From contig AP026133.1 in assembly GCA_030295235.1 (NCBI GenBank), forward strand, positions 62,001-126,000: a DNA stretch of 64,000 bases, in the 5' to 3' direction. The first letter of the stretch is position 1. Every line of letters starts with the position of its first letter. Under the pieces are notes generated by a model. That model was not told where the DNA came from. It searched no databases and was given only the letters and a program-made list of their open reading frames with translations. Below, piece by piece: positions 1-13,748 of the stretch. This DNA is from Fistulifera solaris (Eukaryota). Both the position numbers and the translations under genes were made by a program.

Positions 1-1420
1 ACCCGGTACCGTACCCGGTACCAGGTACATTGCGATACGTTTATTGAAAAAGGAAAGCAAGGGATTTCATTTTTGACAAAAATTTGACGAAAAATCATTG
101 TCAAAGAAAAAAGATGTTACTACGTAGGATGTTAGGTTTATTGTTCTTATACCAGTAATTATTTATCATTGTTCATGGTTGTTATTGTCAGAAAAAAAAA
201 CTCCAAAAAAATCCAAAACGAAAATATAATATAAAATATTAAAGGCCCTGATAATATATAATGACTGTACTCCATCAATATCATGTTTTACCTACCCTCT
301 CTTGTGTGACAAAGTAGTATCTGGTACTCCGGAATGGTTTTCGTCAAAAAGGGGAACGTTTCATTTTTTTTTCTTACCGATGACTGGTTGTTTTAGGAGT
401 CATCAGCACCGGGAGATAAATACCAGGTAGTCCTACAAAGAATCATCATCGAATTATTCAGCAATGCCAATTTACATGTATCGACGATCGTCGGGTATTG
501 CGGCTGGCAACAACCCAAAAAAAGCTGACTTTTGAAACAGCACACAAGTACGGCGACTCGGAGATACCTTTTTTTTTTCGTCTCTGCGGTAGCATGCATG
601 CAGCAAAACGAGGATGGATCGTCAAAAGATTGCTGGATGGCGGCAATGTATTCTTTGAGTAGTAAAAAAGGACGGCACGTGACGTGCTGGAACTGCTGGA
701 CGCATCAAAAGTGGCTATATGGACGATGATGATGCTTCGCGTCATTGTGATTCAATGCAATTTCTTTCAGGCGTTGATGATTCCTGCGCAGGCTGCGACA
801 GTGAAAAGTCGTTTTTTTTTGAAAAAACCAACCTTTTTCATGGAGGAGTCATGCGACGAACTTTCCATATGATTGTTGTTGCCTTGACTTTGCGAGAGAA
901 CGAATGACATTGGTGAATACCGCCCAAACGGAGTTTAGCTTCACGAGCCAGAAGTACCTTTAACTTTTTTGGGAGTTGCTCTCGCGTCTTTTCTCTTGTT
1001 TCTACCGGGCAGGATGGACGCTCGGGATGACGCGCGGGCTTGCTGAGACGTTCTGGGAGATTCGATAATGGCTCTATGTCGGTATCGGAAGCGCCAACTG
1101 TGTCAATGAACCTTGTTCCAAGAAAAAAGAAGACCTTGTGCCATATATAGGTAAGGGGAAGCTTTACTGAGACACAAAAGAGCAGTCTTCTTTCTTGGCC
1201 CGTTCGTTGTTTTGTTCACACGCCAATTTTTGTTATTATGATTTCCTCTTGCTTGTTAAACAGTGTTCCCCCCATTTGATTCTTTGCGCATTCATCGCTG
1301 AACCACTGGACAAGGAGCACAATATCACATAAAGAGCTAACTTGGTTCATGGGGAGTGACCTAATGAGAACGTCGGAGAAATAAAAATCGAAATGAATTA
1401 ACGTTACCAATGAAAATGAA

Positions 1421-4400
1421 TTAATGCAAACCAGGTGCATCCAACCGTGCCACCATTTCAGCCACCACTTGTCGGCCTTTGGCTTCCCACTCTTTGCGAT
1501 TCGTTTCGGCATAATTCAAGTATTCATCACTCGAAACACCAAAGACACCACATTCTTTCAATTTCTTGGCCAGTGGGATGATGTAAAAGTCAAAAAGCCA
1601 ATTTCGCCTTCGTACCAGACATCGGCAGGATTCTTTTGCGCCCGTCCTTGACGATACGCCGTCATCATTTCTTCAAACAACCGAGCATTCCATTTGCGGT
1701 AAATGTGCCAATGTTGCATCGTGTGCGAAACATCCGAGGCTTGAATGACATGCTCCAACACAATTGTCGCCTTCGCGATTGATTTGTTCTTCTAATTCTT
1801 CGGGAAACACACTGTTGTTGTTGTTGTTTTCAGCAAAGGCTTTGGCCCAGCGGTCTTTGCGCGCCTGACTCAGTGACTTGTCCATGATATCCGTGGCCAT
1901 GACCAAGTTGACAATTAGTTGACGGAAGCGATTGTATTCGGCCGGTGTGGTGTAAATACAGTTGCGCAAATCAATGAAAGCATCGTCCATGAGTAATGAC
2001 CAGGCAATATCGACCGAGTTTTGTTCGGCGACACTCTTGTTGTGGTAAACGGCAGCAATAGGAGACTGTTCTTCGATTAAAGTGGCATTGGTGACACCTT
2101 GGTGATCGACGTCATGAATGAGAGCAGCAAAGGCGGCAGCAAATTGGGTCAATGGTTCAGAGGTAATGCCGTACGTGTGATCGTGGAGAGTGCGGTCGTC
2201 TCCGGAGACTTCGGGGGCGACAATGCGTGAAAAGAGCTTTGTTACCGACATAGTGACATGACTCACGTGTTCAAAGTTGTGGAAGGCATTGTTGCGATAC
2301 AGTGTAGCAATGGCGTGGACGTATTTTTCGAGTTGTTGCATGACCTTTTCTTCTAAAACAACTGGTGCCAGCTTCTCCTGACGCGCCGCTGCTTCGGCAT
2401 CAAAGGTCGGCAGGGCGAGAATTTCAGTGACTTCCCCGAGTACGTGACCCACTTGAGTGACTTCTTCAATCAATCGGACGGCCTCGAAATTTGGGATAGT
2501 GTTCAACGCCCTGACGTCGTTGGACAACGTCCTTCAATATCTTGGCAAGGACTTCGGCATTCCACTTCACCAGGGCGTTGTGCTTTTTCCGACAATGCGT
2601 TGCTCTTTGAAGGGGTAGCATTGCTGAAAAGAGACGTCGTATCATCCCACATTCTGCCTTCGTCTTCACCTTCGCTGGATGAGACACCCGATGAAGTCGA
2701 CCGGGGACCGTCGTCTTTGACCAGCCAGTAGGTTGTCAATTCGCCCTTTCCTTTGGCATTGACCTTGTCTTCTCGCAACTTGGTCCAGTGGCCCTTTCCG
2801 AATGCCTGCAAAATGTTTGCAGTTTCTTCGGAAATGTGAATCATGTTCTTTTTCCCGTGGTTTCGATACGAGCCGTCGTATTCATCGTGTCACCGAAGAG
2901 TTGGAACCGTGCCTTTTCACCACGGAGAACTCCGCCCTGTTTGGAAAGGAAAGAAGGATAGCGGTTGAGTTTATGTAATCGAATCAAGGTTTCAATTCAG
3001 ACGCAAGTTTTGTGCTGTATTTGAGACGTACCGTCACAGGGCCGCTGTGCAAGCCGACTCGCAATCCCAGCTCTCCGGTATCGGGGCCTAATGTAACCTC
3101 GAGCTCATTCATCAATGACATCATGCAAGCGCGACAATCACGTGCGAAACGAGCCATGGCGACAGCATGGTCGCGACGCGGATCCGGAAGACCACACGCT
3201 GCTACATAACAATCACCCACTGTCTCTACTTTGAATATGCGTCTCCTCTTGGCAATAGTATCGAATTCGGAATAAATGGTCTCAAGTAAAAGGAATACTT
3301 GCGCCGGTTCTCTCATCGAACTCCATGCAGTAAAACCTGAAAACAAAAGAGCATTCCAAAGGTGAGTCCAATACGGTCTGGAGTGAACTTAAAGGTTCTC
3401 CTCAAGTTCGGTCGGTTACATACCAACAAGATCTGCAAACTTCGCATTTTTGGTAGTAACGATAGCAGGGAGTGGGCTTGTGAGTCTCCGAAAGTGACTT
3501 CAACGTAACAACGTGACAAAATATGGGAGGGGGATCATGTGTTTGTAAACGTACCATGATTGTCGTGGATGGAAATAGATCAGCGATGGGTGGCATATTC
3601 TTGTGTACCGACTCGTTGCGATCTCCCGCGTCTAACGTTTCCTTAAGTCGGTCCTTCATGCTAATACGGAATGTTCCTTTCCCCATACCTTTCTCGACCA
3701 TTTCCGCCTCCTGCTTGGCCTCGGCCATGATGCGTTCCTGGACGTTTTTGGGAAACAACGACTTGACAATATCCGTGGTGCGCTTTGCGACTCGTGAAAT
3801 GTTTCGTTGACGTCGCTCCACGGCACAATCGTAGCAGAAGAATATGCCGGTTGTAAAAGGAAGACCCCGAGAATGGCCAACGCAAATAAATAAGGATCAT
3901 TTGTCATATACTTGTCCTTTAGTTCGTCGGTGGGGTAAACATCAATTGTATAGTAGCAATGCTCGACGGAAGTGTCCGCTCCGTCGTACTGCGCGAATCC
4001 AGCAAAGTTCGCTTCCATATGTAGGTAGTTGTACTTAGTGTTGTGCAAGTTTCCCTGTCCGACAACTGTGGCATTGTGTCCGTCGACTCGATACGTTACG
4101 ATTGTGCCACAATGATCGTTGACTTCAACGATAAATCCATGAATATCGTGAGGGAGAACGTTCTTGAAATACTTTTCCCACGGCAGTACGGCCAAGACAA
4201 AACCACCCGGGTCGGTGTAGGTCAGATCAAGATTATCACTATGGAGAGTCTTCTGGACAGCTTCAAGGATAATCGACCGCGGATGCCATTCCGACACCTC
4301 TTGTTGACGCGTGGCCTTGAGCAAGTATTCCACATCCACAATACCAGACATGACGACATGCTGAACTTCGAGAACATCTTGTTTTAATTGATGAAACCAA

Positions 4401-5206
4401 GGGAAAGTGTCCATGTCCAACAGCATGATATCCAAGTCATTCGCCGGGGGTGCCACTTGCCATACCGGTATAAACGTAGAATCTTGGTCATCTTTTTCGG
4501 ACATGACTTCACCTTGAACATTGTGAATGTTTGGGGGGATCTGCCCCTTATTGTGCTTGGGCCATTCCATTGCAGCGTAAGCTTCAAAGGACTGCCGCTG
4601 TTCCAAGGGAACCATTGGAGTGAACGCAAAAGTTCAGATCCGGTCAAGCGGATGGCTTCTTGAACTTGCTGCGTGAAGAAAGGCAGAGTAATGTTGGGCC
4701 AGACCTCCGCCGTTTGTGATGTGCTGGCATGAGATGATATCGCCGTGGCCAGACTACGAACTTGCCCAACGGTATTGGCGGCGTTGGTTTCCGACAATTC
4801 AATGATTTCACCAGCCAAATCACGAAACTGAATGAAAAGAAGAGTAGAATGTAGAACAGAAGAAGGTGATTGATGGGTAAAGATGGATGGATTATATGGA
4901 TGATGAGTGAATGCCAAAACCTGAACTTACCTCGGCTTCAAAGACACTTTCTTCACTCTTTTTCACAAAAAAGAAAGCTGCCACAGATATCGCTATGCTA
5001 GCGAGGAGCAGACAGATGTAAACAATCGCCTTGGTTCGATTTACAATTCGAGTGTCTTCTCGAACGAAACTGCCATTGGAAGTAGAACCATCGGAACGGG
5101 CGTTGGTTTGAGACTGTGACGGATCCGAAGTGCTTTCCCCTTCATGCTTGGACGAAAGCGACTTGGAGGATTCCGAATGCTCCAATTGAATGATTTGCGG
5201 AGGCAT
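1421..5206 (-). CDS. Membrane-bound class III guanylate/adenylate cyclase fused to a cyclic-nucleotide phosphodiesterase (TM - extracellular sensor - TM - cyclase - PDEase I), multi-exon, with several apparent frameshifts
   Basis: Cyclase motifs IADLFPSTTIM|FADLVG|FTAWSS, FKVETVGDCYVA, RVGLHSGPVT|GGVLRGEKARFQLFGDTMNT and IHISEETA. PDE motifs FHNFEHVSHV, HDVDHQGVTN, AEQNSVD, MATDI and IQASDVSHTMQHWHIYRKWN. N-terminal TM segment AIVYICLLLASIAISVAAFFFV. Stop TAA at 1421-1423. Confidence 0.9.
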
Positions 5207-7298
5207 TTTTGGCTTTTTTATGAGCTAAAAGAACGAATAATCGATATGCTTCGTCGAAGGGTATTGTTGTATAGATGATGATGACTTGCCCTATTTTGGG
5301 AGATCAACAGGAAGGGAGAACATTATTATAATTTTCTCGTTATTTCGACCTTCGCGACAATTCGTTGAGGCCCGAACGAGAAATAATACAGTGTGCCAGT
5401 ACGGTCATTTTTGTCTTGGATGATACGATCTGTACTGTACTGTACTTCATTGTTTCTCATCGGATCGAGACACTCCGAGCATTATTGCCAAGCTCTCCGC
5501 TCTCCGCCTTTTTTTAAGGGCGTATTTAAATACTCCGTAGATGTTAAAGTTTACGTCATTCTGGCTTTGTTCCTGTTTCTCGGTCTTGGTATCCGTGTTG
5601 TAGTCGAGAAACACTACTGAATACATTAATTGACTACCGGGTTTTCTGGTACTTTGTACTTCAATTGAAGCAGAGAGCAATGACTCGGCTGCTGACGTGG
5701 CTCGTTTCCAGCACTTAAGGATGATACGGATACGGAATAGGACACGAACACAATAACTGGTAGTCATCCGTCCGCCTTGCGCCTGTGCCTTTCCGCTGCC
5801 CACTGCCCAGCGGCCACGTGGCCACGGCCCCATGCCACGCACTTCCCAGAGCTATTCAGTGTCATTTCCGGCAGATAGTGAGTAGTGAGTGGTGAGTCAG
5901 CAGTCAGCAATAATGTTGGTTTGGTAAAAATCCGAGCACCTCTGTACCTCTGGGCTCTGGGCCTGTTCGAATAGGTACTGCCACTGCGCACAAGTACTTT
6001 CGTCAAAGGTATCTTGGCCTCTGCGGTATTATCGATACTGGAAAGTGGGGAGACGTGGTCGACCGTTAGATATGACCTCAAACTCTTTGGTGATATGTGA
6101 TATTTGTTTTGGACCTCTTTTGTCCAAAGGTACAAGTATCACTCCTCACTCCCTCACTCATCACTGGGGGGTCATCTCAGTCCCAGGTCTAAGGTCATTC
6201 GTTCCATTGGGTTTCTCGCGGATCTTCTTCGATCGGCATTCCATATTCCATTATCTCAAAACCTCAAAACAGTATCCTTATACACGAGCTATTCTCTTTT
6301 CCACGTGCATCGTTCTTGCCCTTCGTTAGCCGTTTGTGTTCTCGACGGACAAAGAGCGAAAGATAAATAATAATGGAATGAATGATTGTTCATGGCTCAT
6401 GGCCGACGTCAATGAATGACGAGGAGCCCTACCAAAAATGTGAGGCCTTCGCTTGCCATGACTTGCAATCGGTAAAGTGACAACTATCAAGTTAGATTTC
6501 AAGGGTTTTTGCTCAAAGAAATTGGACAGCCGGACTAAGGACTTCACTACACCTCTGTAAGGTTCAAATTATTGGTAGCAAAATACATTTTTGGTTGGAA
6601 TAAAAATGCCAAACAGATACAGAAACAAAAAAAACGAAGAGTACCAGGTACTACCGTAAGATCAAATGTCTTCTTCATCGTCACCGGATACTTCCGCCTC
6701 TTTCACTTGAATTAAAAGATGGACCGGATCCAAATTTCGCACCCGCCACCAAATAGTAAAACTGTTGCAGTGTCGTATGTGCCAACTCACCCTGCGTGAA
6801 GGTATGGTAGGGTGCATTGTCAACTGTCGAATGGCAAATGATCCATTGCTGATCCATTTCACCCTTTTGCCAATTTGGTAGTTGTATCCGCATCAAACTC
6901 GTACAAGCCGGCTTGTTCGATGAGCGGTACCATCTGTTGTGTCAACGTCATGGACAAATCATCGACCATGGGAGTGAAACATAGATTGACCGATGGAGCT
7001 CCATGTAACGAACTCGTAACTCAGATCCTGGGAGGATGCGATTGCAACTTGCGCCCACTACTGGGAGAATACGTTCCGGTTTGGGGTACTTTGCCATGTC
7101 ATCGGGTGGGCAAATCTGACAATCTTGGCCACGTGCGTTTGTTGGCTGCGCCTACGGGAATGTTTTGTTAATGCAATGCGACCGTTTCTTATCAGCTGCT
7201 TGAAAGTTCACAGACATGCTGCAGTAACTATATAATAGCTACAATATATTGTAGTGAGTCTATATTTATTTGTTGTTAAGGCAAAAAATAATGAATCA

Positions 7299-7719
7299 TC
7301 ATAAATTGAGCAAAATGCCACATCGCTGTTGTTGGTAACAATGCGACGAATCACTCATTGATCCCCACAATCCCCACGGCTGATCAAGTTCCGAAAGGCG
7401 CCTTGATGTTTGAATGATTGACAATTCTTTGCGCGTTGCAAGTAAACACATGTCGCTCGCACCATGATGACGGGCCATTTCTTCTCGTTCCGACGACTCG
7501 AAAAACGGGAGACCATTTCGACACCGACTTTCGTGCTCATCTAAATCAATGGCTTCACTGTATTCGACACTCCAGTCGAGTGTGAGGGGGAATGCCTTCG
7601 GATACCGAAGGGTGATCTCCTAGAATTAGTTTGTGATGGTGTACTTCGACGGTCGGTGAAAATGCGACTTTGCGTTTTCCTGGCATCATGGCAGTTTGCG
7701 GTGGGCCCTTGCTTTCCAT
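7299..7719 (-). CDS. Small diatom-type protein with a V.F..V....LGDHP.V..G.PL.LDW motif (CSRNP N-terminal-like), one frameshift near 7590
   Basis: KRKVAFSPTVEVHHHKLILGDHPSVSEGIP. After a one-base shift in a C-run it continues LTLDWSVEYSEAIDLDEHES...EREEMARHHGAS to TGA at 7299-7301. Paralogous to 35827-36333. Confidence 0.55.
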
Positions 7720-9973
7720 TTTATGAAATGACAACCACATGCTGCAAAGGGTTCCATCGTGCCTCTCTGCTTTCCTCCTCGGAAGAGCTCTAGACAAGAA
7801 AAAAATGTGTTCATGTGTGTTGTTTTCGGAGCGCGTAAATAATCCGATGGGAAGGCAACAGGAGAAACTTTCTCTACTATTGCCTTCAGTACTAAAAGTA
7901 AAAGTTAACGATGTTTTACTTCGATACTTCATTACCGTATCAATGACCGCCAATACTACGCAAAACGTGGACGAACTACAAGAACGGAAGACACTGAGTT
8001 CCGGAAATCGCGTCGCGATCATGAATATGATCATTTTTGTATATTCGAGAGCCGCTTCGAGCCTTGTCAAGATCAAAGCACAATCACTGACTAAGAACTG
8101 TGCCCGGTTTAGTACGATGTCCCAGGCTCCCCTGGCTTGCACCGTTTTCGCCCCAACTCAAAAAGATTGCAAAACAGTAATTATTTCATTCCGTTCCTTA
8201 TCAAGATAACATCGTGTCTATCCAAATCGATGCAGGGAAACTATCAATCGAGGTTTTGCGTTGTTGGTATTGGACTTTGGACCGTTCAAAAGGGAAAAAT
8301 CGCACTCGACATTCATCAGTCCAACGAAACGATAAAGCCATTGGATGCCCATCCGACTCCTTTATCAGTCGAAGAAAATGAGCCCCTCATCAATATTCCT
8401 TATGGATTTTAAGTCGGTCAAGAATGGTTTCACTGGTGTACAGAAATGTCCGCCATTCGCTGGAGGAGGAACGAGCAGCAAGCACAGCTGCACGGAAGTC
8501 ATCGCCGTAACAAATTCATCAGTCTTCACATTCAAAGAAAGCGTGTTCCGTGTTGTTTTAGAGCGGTGTCTTGCACATAACACCTCGGTGTGGTTCTACA
8601 AACCTATCGAAACCACCAAATCAGTCACAAATTTAACTTGAAATCTTAGTTCGTCTGAAAGAAGCAAACGAACCCAGGCCACAAAGTCATCTCTCGTTTT
8701 ATAAGCTGTTTTGTTTACTATGATCACAACGATTATGCACTATTGTTGGTCCCTCCAAAGCAAGAAAACTATCAAGGATGATGAAAAGAGTATTCAGTTT
8801 CGGTCGTGCGCATCCATGAACACCAAATGATACAAGGAGACAAACGATGCGGATTTTGGTGTGGTACTTTGAAACTTGTTCTCTGTTCATCGTCGTCATC
8901 CATTGTTAGGACAAGCGCCAACTTGCATGGGGAAGGCAACTCTCAATGAGCAATGATAGCTCTGTTACCATTCTCAATCACAAGGCTATATTCTGTTGTT
9001 GTACACGAACGAAAAACAGGTGGCGGCGCCAACGGGCAACGATGTTTTTGAAATTTGAATTTCTCACTGAGACACACACCTTCCACACAAAACGAGAGAC
9101 ACACCCTGCCAAACACACCTACCTAAAAACGGAGGGAAAAGGGATCAGCTGGCGAGAGAGCCTTGGACCCATTAACAACTCTTTGTGCTATTGCGATTTT
9201 CCCATGGGGTTTCTCACTACTTAAAAGACCAGATAAATTGGGGCTATTGAACTTCTTTGAGCTTCGCATTCGGAACTTGTCAAAACTGTAGAAAAAACAG
9301 GCAAGACAAAACCGCATCTGAAATTAGAATGACCGCATAGAGAAGAACAGCTGTTTTTGTTCTCATATATTAAGTAGTGTTTAAATATTCATGGGGAAAC
9401 CTCCTTTCCATCCTTTGTTCTCTATAATATTCTTTATGACATTGTACCAGGAGAAAACTGAGTCCTTTCGTGCCTACTACGAGCACTTCAAGTTTCTCTG
9501 ACAGAAAATGTTCCACCGAAAATTCAGTTTAGCCTATAGTACATTCGGATGGTTGTGTCGTCACAGTTGTCCGGTATTCACCTTTCGAGACATTGAATGC
9601 GGGGACTACAACGGGGTTAAGTTCAACGTAATCGGACGGCATTCTCGTTTCGGTGTTGCAACTGACGCGGCGTCTACTAATTTGCTATGAGCTAGAACCC
9701 GAACACTTCGTTCCAAGATTAGAAACGAAGCCTGGTCGTTTCGAATATCGTTAAAAAAGTAGGATAAAAACACCGGCCGGCTCGACCGGGCGTTGCTTTG
9801 GATCCCAAGCAATTTCAGCGATGGTGCTCTTTCGGAGAGTGTTTTTTTATATGGTCCATATAATTCTCATCCATGATTGTTTGACACCTTGTCTTTTGCC
9901 ATCATTGACATAATTATTTTTTGAAAAAAGTATTCGAATTCTGCACACTGATAATAATACTTTTCTTTCGGCA

Positions 9974-10408
9974 ATGATATTAATACTCCTCGATCATCAT
10001 CGAACCTTCGATTCGGTGCAAATAGTGAATGACAATGCCCGTTTACCCGCTCGCAGTGAAACCTTATCGGTTCCTCCCGTCCGACGACGTCGAGATCGGG
10101 ATGCATGGAAACAACGGCGGAGTTCCAGTTGCAGTGATTTACAACACTCACAGCATCATCAACTATTGCACTTGAATCACTCCTGGTTGGACTTCAAAAC
10201 CACGTCGCGTCCCCACTATACCAATCGATGGGATACGAATTGTCCACAAGGACTGCTCGCGCCGCAACAACCCCGTTGCGTATACGACAGTTCACCACCC
10301 CGGAAACCCGTGCGCCGGATGAATTCTTTTGAGCCTAGCAGAGATACTGCACGATTGTTGGAACAAGCCTTGTTGATTACGAATCATTGTGCGAGTTGTG
10401 AATTTTGA
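9974..10408 (+). CDS. Hypothetical low-complexity protein (IV.DNA and P..P.R..S motifs common in diatom orphan proteins)
   Basis: 144-aa ORF containing VQIVNDNA and SPPRKPVRRMNS. No recognisable catalytic domain. Confidence 0.4.
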   Translation: MILILLDHHRTFDSVQIVNDNARLPARSETLSVPPVRRRRDRDAWKQRRSSSCSDLQHSQHHQLLHLNHSWLDFKTTSRPHYTNRWDTNCPQGLLAPQQPRCVYDSSPPRKPVRRMNSFEPSRDTARLLEQALLITNHCASCEF

Positions 10409-11285
10409 ACGTTTTCCTTTGTATCCTGTGCTACAGCGCTATCGCTATTATCAATAGATTTATAAAAAACTAGTAACGATTGTATTCTGTTTCTGATGCT
10501 TCTACTTGACGAACGAACTTAAAACGAGCAAATTTCGAACAGTTTCGGCTTCCTGCACCCACAGTTACCATCGACAGAGGTCCCAAATCTCTCTCATTCT
10601 CTTTTTGTTAAGGGACTGAAAATGCCTAAGAGATTTGGTCTATGTAGACCTAAGCTGCTTTAGCTCTAGAGATATTGATCCTCTTTTCGCTAGGAAAGAA
10701 CGCGCCTGCGTTAGGTCGAACGGAGCGATTAGATGATGAATCATCCTAGCCAAAATCCAAACGAAACGAATTACTCAGTCCCGTACCGGGCACAGCACCA
10801 ATTTAGAAAGCAGTACCTGGTAGAAGCGAGTGGCCCAAATCCTCCGCCCGTCTGCCGCGTTTCAGTCTGTCTGTCGAACGGTACTCGGGAACGACGATCT
10901 TACTATTTATTTTTTTCTCAACGGTCACCATTTCTACTACTCTCACCTTGTATCCATGCGTCAATTTTGTTGAAAATGAGGAGGATCACTTTCTCTTCGA
11001 AAGTGCTCTGCTTGTTTCCTATTCTATCCTTATTCGTTCTTAACAATACCTTTGGTATTACAAATTCTCTTTCCTAGAAAAGAGAGAAGAGAAGAGCGAA
11101 AAAACGCAGCAAAACGCGAAATTGCTTCGTCAGCCGACTCTTTCTTGTTGCGAATCAATCGTGTACTTTGTAAAAGAGACGTCGTCGTCCTCCCGAGCAC
11201 TTTAGTTTCACGAGCTTCGATATTTTTCTATTGTAAAAAGAACGAAAACGAAAAAAGAAACAAGCAAACAAACAAACAAAGTAGT

Positions 11286-13627
11286 ATGAGTCACGCAACG
11301 AACGATTTGTTAGCGTCCTTGACGGGTGGTAGCGATTTGTTTCCCGAGGAACTCGTTGCTGGAAATCACACGACGTTGACGACCCACCAAACCACCACAA
11401 CATCGAAATTGATGCAATCGGGATTGTTGGGAGATGTAACGTCGGGAGATGGTTTGTTTGATGCCGTCGATGCACAGCAACAAGAACAGCAAGAAGAGGA
11501 AGAACAAGAACAACAAAAACAAATTCAGCAACAACAACAAGAAGTGGCTCGACGGCAGCAAGAAGAAGCGGCACGTCAACAAGCCGAATTGCAGCAACAA
11601 CAACAACAACAACAACAACATCAACATGAAATGAATCAACAAATGATGGAAAGTGTTTCATTAGGAGGAGGAGGAGGAGGAGGAGGAGGAGGAGAGTCGT
11701 ATCCGTTTGTTATGACACAGCAGCAGCACCAACAACCAGCGTATCCGCAACAGCAACGTCTCGTATATGCAACGCCTCCACGCATGACGCAACAGGGGAT
11801 GCCATTGCAGATGTCGCAACAACAGCAACAGCCGGTCACAATGCCTCAACCACCGCAACAACCGGGTATGTCTACCATGGGAATGCCTCCGCAGCAACAG
11901 AACTATCCGATGAATTCACAACCGCAGCAACAACAGACAGCCAATCAGCTGATGAGTCAATCTATGATGATGCCGCCGTCTCAACCGAATACGAATATTT
12001 CAATGATGAGTCAATCTATGATGATGCCTCCCGCGTCGTCGTATCATCCGCACCCGAATCCCAACAACATGACGGTGAATCATCCTCCGCAACAACCACA
12101 CGTGATGATGAATCATCCATCATCCACTACTTCTACCATGAATCAAAACGCTTCGTACGGACCACCCCATCCACCTACTTCTCATTTGTATGGGCCACCA
12201 CCCTTGGGTAATCCCATGGCGGGGATGCACAACATTCATCCGCAACAAGGAATACCACCCCAAATGCGTTCGTATCCGGTTCCGGCGGCGCCGACGCAGT
12301 ACGGGGCAGTCACAGTCGATCAACCCCTACTGTTGACCGGAAAAGGTAGTCTCTTTGTCAAATCGACGCCGTTTTGGTCGTATCAAATTGCCACGCAAGT
12401 GCCGCCGCATGTGTGGGTCGTGAGACGTCGGTTTCGGGATGTCGTGGCGTTGGAAGATCGATTGCGACAAGATTGTCCCGGGTGTATTCTGCCTCCGAGG
12501 TGAGTTTTGTATTTTTGTTTGTTGATGTGTATCTTCAATGGTGAAAAAGGTATAATATAGCCTTATATTTTGTGCTCGTCTCTCTTTTCCACAGACCGGA
12601 CAAACACGCGACCCGCGCCATTGAAGAAGCATCGGCACAACAATCGCAGGAATTTGCCATTCAACGTGCCAATGAACTCCAAGTGTATTTGCAACAACTC
12701 GTACAACATCCTATGGCTTCCCAATCAGGAACCCTCCGTTTCTTTTTGTCATTGCAAGACGAATTGGGCACGGCCTGGCCAGAAGTCAGTAGCAATGCCA
12801 TTACACGATTGGCAAATGCCGGTGTCGAAGCCGCCGTGAAAACTGCCGAGCAATGGACCCCGGAAACAGACAGTGAAGACAATGCTGAATTGTTGGCCTT
12901 GTATTCCATGGAAAGTATTCGGATGGGTGCGGTTTTACAAGCTGTTCCGAAACTCGAAGGTGCCTTGTCGTTGGTCCAAGAACATTCCGAATTGTGCGGA
13001 ACGGCTGGTATGGAAATGGGTCGATGGTTGAAACCGTCCGATGGAAACAGTGAAGGTTTGGAAATTGTGGCCGGCGCCTTGTTGCGGAGTGGTCGTCGCT
13101 CGAAGCGACTTTCGTTGGAATTGTCGGCCGCTTGTGCCTCGTATTCGCAGCAGTACAAATTGTGTCGGAATGAACGGTTGGCGTTCAGTGATCGTCGCGC
13201 CGCCTTACAACGTCGTTCGAAAGAACGCAAAAGTATGATGTCGGGGTATGCCGGCGCGTATGGATATCCCGCCGGCCAAGAAGCGGACGAAATCGGTCGT
13301 CGTTTGTTGTCGGAAGTGAGTCGGATTGCCGTTGATCGTCGTCGCGACTGGTCCGCCAGTCTAAAAATTATCGCCGCCAGTTTCAAAGAAGCCGCCGCGG
13401 AACGAGCGGCCATTTGGGAAGCCACCTTGACCCAGTTTGATCAACATTATCCTGGTTATGTCGAGTCGTATGCGCATACGCAGCAGCAGCAGCAGCAGTA
13501 TGCACGACAGCCGGAGCAGACACCGCAGTATACACAACTACAGGCCTCTGTGTATTCAGCATCTACCCCGCCACAAAGTCAAGTCATGCCTTCAACTGTT
13601 CCCCAGGGCATCTCTCAATCCAACTAA
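11286..13627 (+). CDS. PX-domain sorting nexin with Q/P/M-rich N-terminus and helical (BAR/Vps5-like) C-terminus; intron 12500-12594
   Basis: PX signature WSYQI...VVRRRFRDVVALEDRLRQDCPGCILPPR|PDK...FAIQRANELQVYLQQLVQHP...LRFFL. Intron GTGAGT...ACAG restores the frame. CAA/CAG and GGA microsatellites encode polyQ and polyG. Confidence 0.85.
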
Positions 13628-13748
13628 ATAAGATGAAAGGTTAATACACAAAAACAATATAAAACAAGAATAAGAATCAATAAACTTTTCTCATCATGAT
13701 TATTCGATTGTAGAGAATACACTACACCTCCATCTCATCCGCAAAAAC

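Noticed and set aside
5812..5823. 12-bp palindrome GGCCACGTGGCC (G-box) upstream of the cyclase gene
   Set aside because: Single occurrence with no independent support.
6662..7171. Coding-like minus-strand fragments
   Set aside because: Broken in all frames with no recognisable family; may be a gene relic but cannot be supported.
7720..8641. ORFs 7739-8209, the upstream part of 7555-8142, and 8345-8641
   Set aside because: No motifs and promoter-like composition; only 7299-7719 is supported.
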